DNA of 64,000 nt from Octopus bimaculoides (Eukaryota), in assembly GCF_001194135.2 (NCBI RefSeq), contig NC_068985.1, positions 81,325,919 to 81,389,918 of the forward strand, given 5' to 3'. The notes under the pieces are model-generated. The model ran no database searches. It was given only the letters and a program-made list of their open reading frames with translations, and was not told the DNA's origin. Both the position numbers and the translations under genes were made by a program. Shown piece by piece: positions 62,151 to 64,000 of the stretch. How positions within the stretch are numbered: the stretch's first letter is position 1; each line of letters opens with the position of its first letter.

Positions 62151-62634
62151 CAATTCTTGTGGACCAATCCGCTTCACCAGACGGGAGTGACCTTAACACT
62201 TCTGCTATGAAGGAGGAGTCTTTTTGAGTATAGACTTCTTGGTCATTAATATCATGCTGGATATCTTAGAAATATATTATTATTCCCTAGCAGCAATTAT
62301 CTCTATATTTTCTCAATATTACTAAATAAAACAATATTTTGAGGCAAGCTATTTGCTCCTATCTCAAACACTGTCTTGTATGTGTAATGCAAACTATTAA
62401 CTTATTAGATTTTCACTTCGGCTGGTGTGATATAATGGGTATAAATGCTCAGGTATGACCTATTACTCAGAGTGTCCTGTGAGGACTTGCTTAACATTTG
62501 TCATCAACAAAAAGAAGCCAAATAAGAAGACTCTATTAATGAAGATCTTGTCAAGGGAATGGCATGCAACCTCATTTCCCTTTGGTGTTGGCTGCCATGA
62601 TTTCCCAGCAAGATCAGCACACTCTTTCTTGCAG

Positions 62635-62757
62635 AAGAGTGATTTTAAGCTTACAAAATTGAAGGATGCTATTAAGACGATGTTCATAGCAGCTGAGGCC
62701 TGCTTAAGGAGTTTGCAGTTGTCAAAAAACCCTAATGGAAGACCCGTTTGTAAATAA
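62635..62757 (+). CDS. Gene 5 candidate terminal coding exon
   Basis: actctttcttgcag acceptor, phase 0, KSDFKLTKLKDAIKTMFIAAEACLRSLQLSKNPNGRPVCK-TAA. Confidence 0.45.
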   Translation, partial: KSDFKLTKLKDAIKTMFIAAEACLRSLQLSKNPNGRPVCK

Positions 62758-62954
62758 AGTAAGGTGTTCAACAATATAATAGATTTAGTCATCGTTAAAT
62801 GAAAGATGATGCAGCAGCTTTAAGAAGCTCCTGCCTGGGCTAAAGTATCTCTATTTTTTTTTTGCCTTACAAATCAACTGAATGTTTTGAGCCATGCACA
62901 TGATGTTTATCATGTGAAATTTATATTTTCCTCAATGACTTTAATATTTTCTTA

Positions 62955-63105
62955 AGGGCATCCAGCTGTAGAAACCTTGCCAAAATAGACAACTGGAGCC
63001 TGGGCAGCTCTCCAGCTGGCCAACTCCTGTCAAACTGTCCAACCCATGCCAGCATGGAAAACAGGAATTAAATGATGATGATGATGATGGTGATGAGGAG
63101 GATGA
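62955..63105 (+). mobile_element. Short element family C, 3' part
   Basis: GGGCATCCAGCTGTAGAAACC..CAAACTGTCCAACCCATGCCAGCATGGAAA then (GAT)n. Confidence 0.8.
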
Positions 63106-63631
63106 CTTACTCTTCAGTTACTACTGATGTTGATTTATAATGTAAAGAATCACTATACATGTCAGCTTACACACAAATCTAGCAGCATCTAATACATTAA
63201 CCCATTTTATTTTTACTGGAGATTAACATCAATTAAAGACAATGAATCTAACATATTGGGCAGGTTTATTGGCATCTTTTGGTCAGATCTTTGTAATAGC
63301 CAGTGGAATTACTGCTAACATCAACATGACATGTTTACTTGATGTTACAAGTCTAACTTCTGCTAGACACGTACTTATCTTCTGTTGACTATGCATTACA
63401 AGGTCACTAGTATCTGAAGAAATCTTAAACAAAGACAAAACTCCTGATGACAGTCACTGGACCCTGTAGAAATAGCAGTCAAATCTCTTTCAAACTATTC
63501 TCTGTTTACTTAAAATAAGATATCTCACATTAAATCATGTAGTCATAGGTGCCCAAATTGTTAAAAAAAAAACCCAACCATGACCATCATTTTTAAGTCT
63601 ATACAAACAAGTCCTTACTAAATCATAAGTA

Positions 63632-64000
63632 TTAGGTTGTCACTCATGAAATGTCGTATTTGAAAGGTAACAATAAAAATGTTTCAGAAATGTTAGATAA
63701 CTGATATATTTAATCAAAGTATGATCCATGTTCATTTATGATGTTTACCCAACGTTTCTCTAAGTCATATATTCCATCTTTAAAAAACATTTCATCTTTT
63801 GCTGTGATAAGTTGTCCAAATGCTTCAATTACCTCTTGTCTATTTAAGAATGTTTTATTGTGTATGAAAAGCTCAAAATGCTTAAATAAGTGATAATCAG
63901 TTGGAGAGATATCAGGGGAATAGGGAGGATGTTGCAAAATCTCATAATTCAGGGTGTGCAACTTTTGAATCATAGCTTGAGAAGTGTGAGGATGTATATT
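63632..64000 (-). mobile_element. Mariner (DD34D) transposon 3' end, runs off the window
   Basis: C-terminus LQHPPYSPDISPTDYHLF...RWVNIINEHGSYFD-stop (63710-63973) and TIR TA-TTAGGTTGTC at 63630-63641. Confidence 0.9.

Noticed and set aside
62654-62733. - strand exon GFFDNCKLLKQASAAMNIVLIASFNF with a gtaagc donor
   Set aside because: It overlaps the better-supported + terminal exon of gene 5; the donor is the reverse complement of its AAG CTT ACA codons.
63440-63485. CTGATGA..GAAA on + as a hammerhead
   Set aside because: Stem II is out of register, there is no NUH site, and it is part of repeat family E.

Overview
AT-rich eukaryotic genomic DNA from a draft assembly: 12 N-gaps, almost all flanked by (TA)n/(TG)n microsatellites. 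The repeat content (tRNA-derived SINEs with internal microsatellites, RTE-tail short elements, Tc1/mariner, very dense microsatellites) looks like a coleoid cephalopod, probably Octopus; this is inference from recalled repeat sequences, not a search. No rRNA, intact tRNA gene, CRISPR or prokaryotic feature is seen. Most ORF-track entries are microsatellite or N-gap artefacts. Well supported: about 30 SINE copies in several families, a DD37D (maT-type) element, two mariner relics, RTE and REL-endonuclease LINE fragments, and three MITE-like elements. Tentative, read by eye from splice sites and phase: up to five genes made of small exons (a + terminal exon at 427-560; a - multi-pass membrane-protein gene at 28243->799; a + single-TM gene nested in it at 19100-24066; a - gene ending at 35507; a + gene at 57178-62757). 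None was identified by name. Chance exon chains are easy to build in DNA like this, so gene confidences are kept at or below 0.55. The most interesting signal is a set of minimal hammerhead-ribozyme motifs in two or three different repeat families, one of them inside a tRNA-headed SINE-like element.
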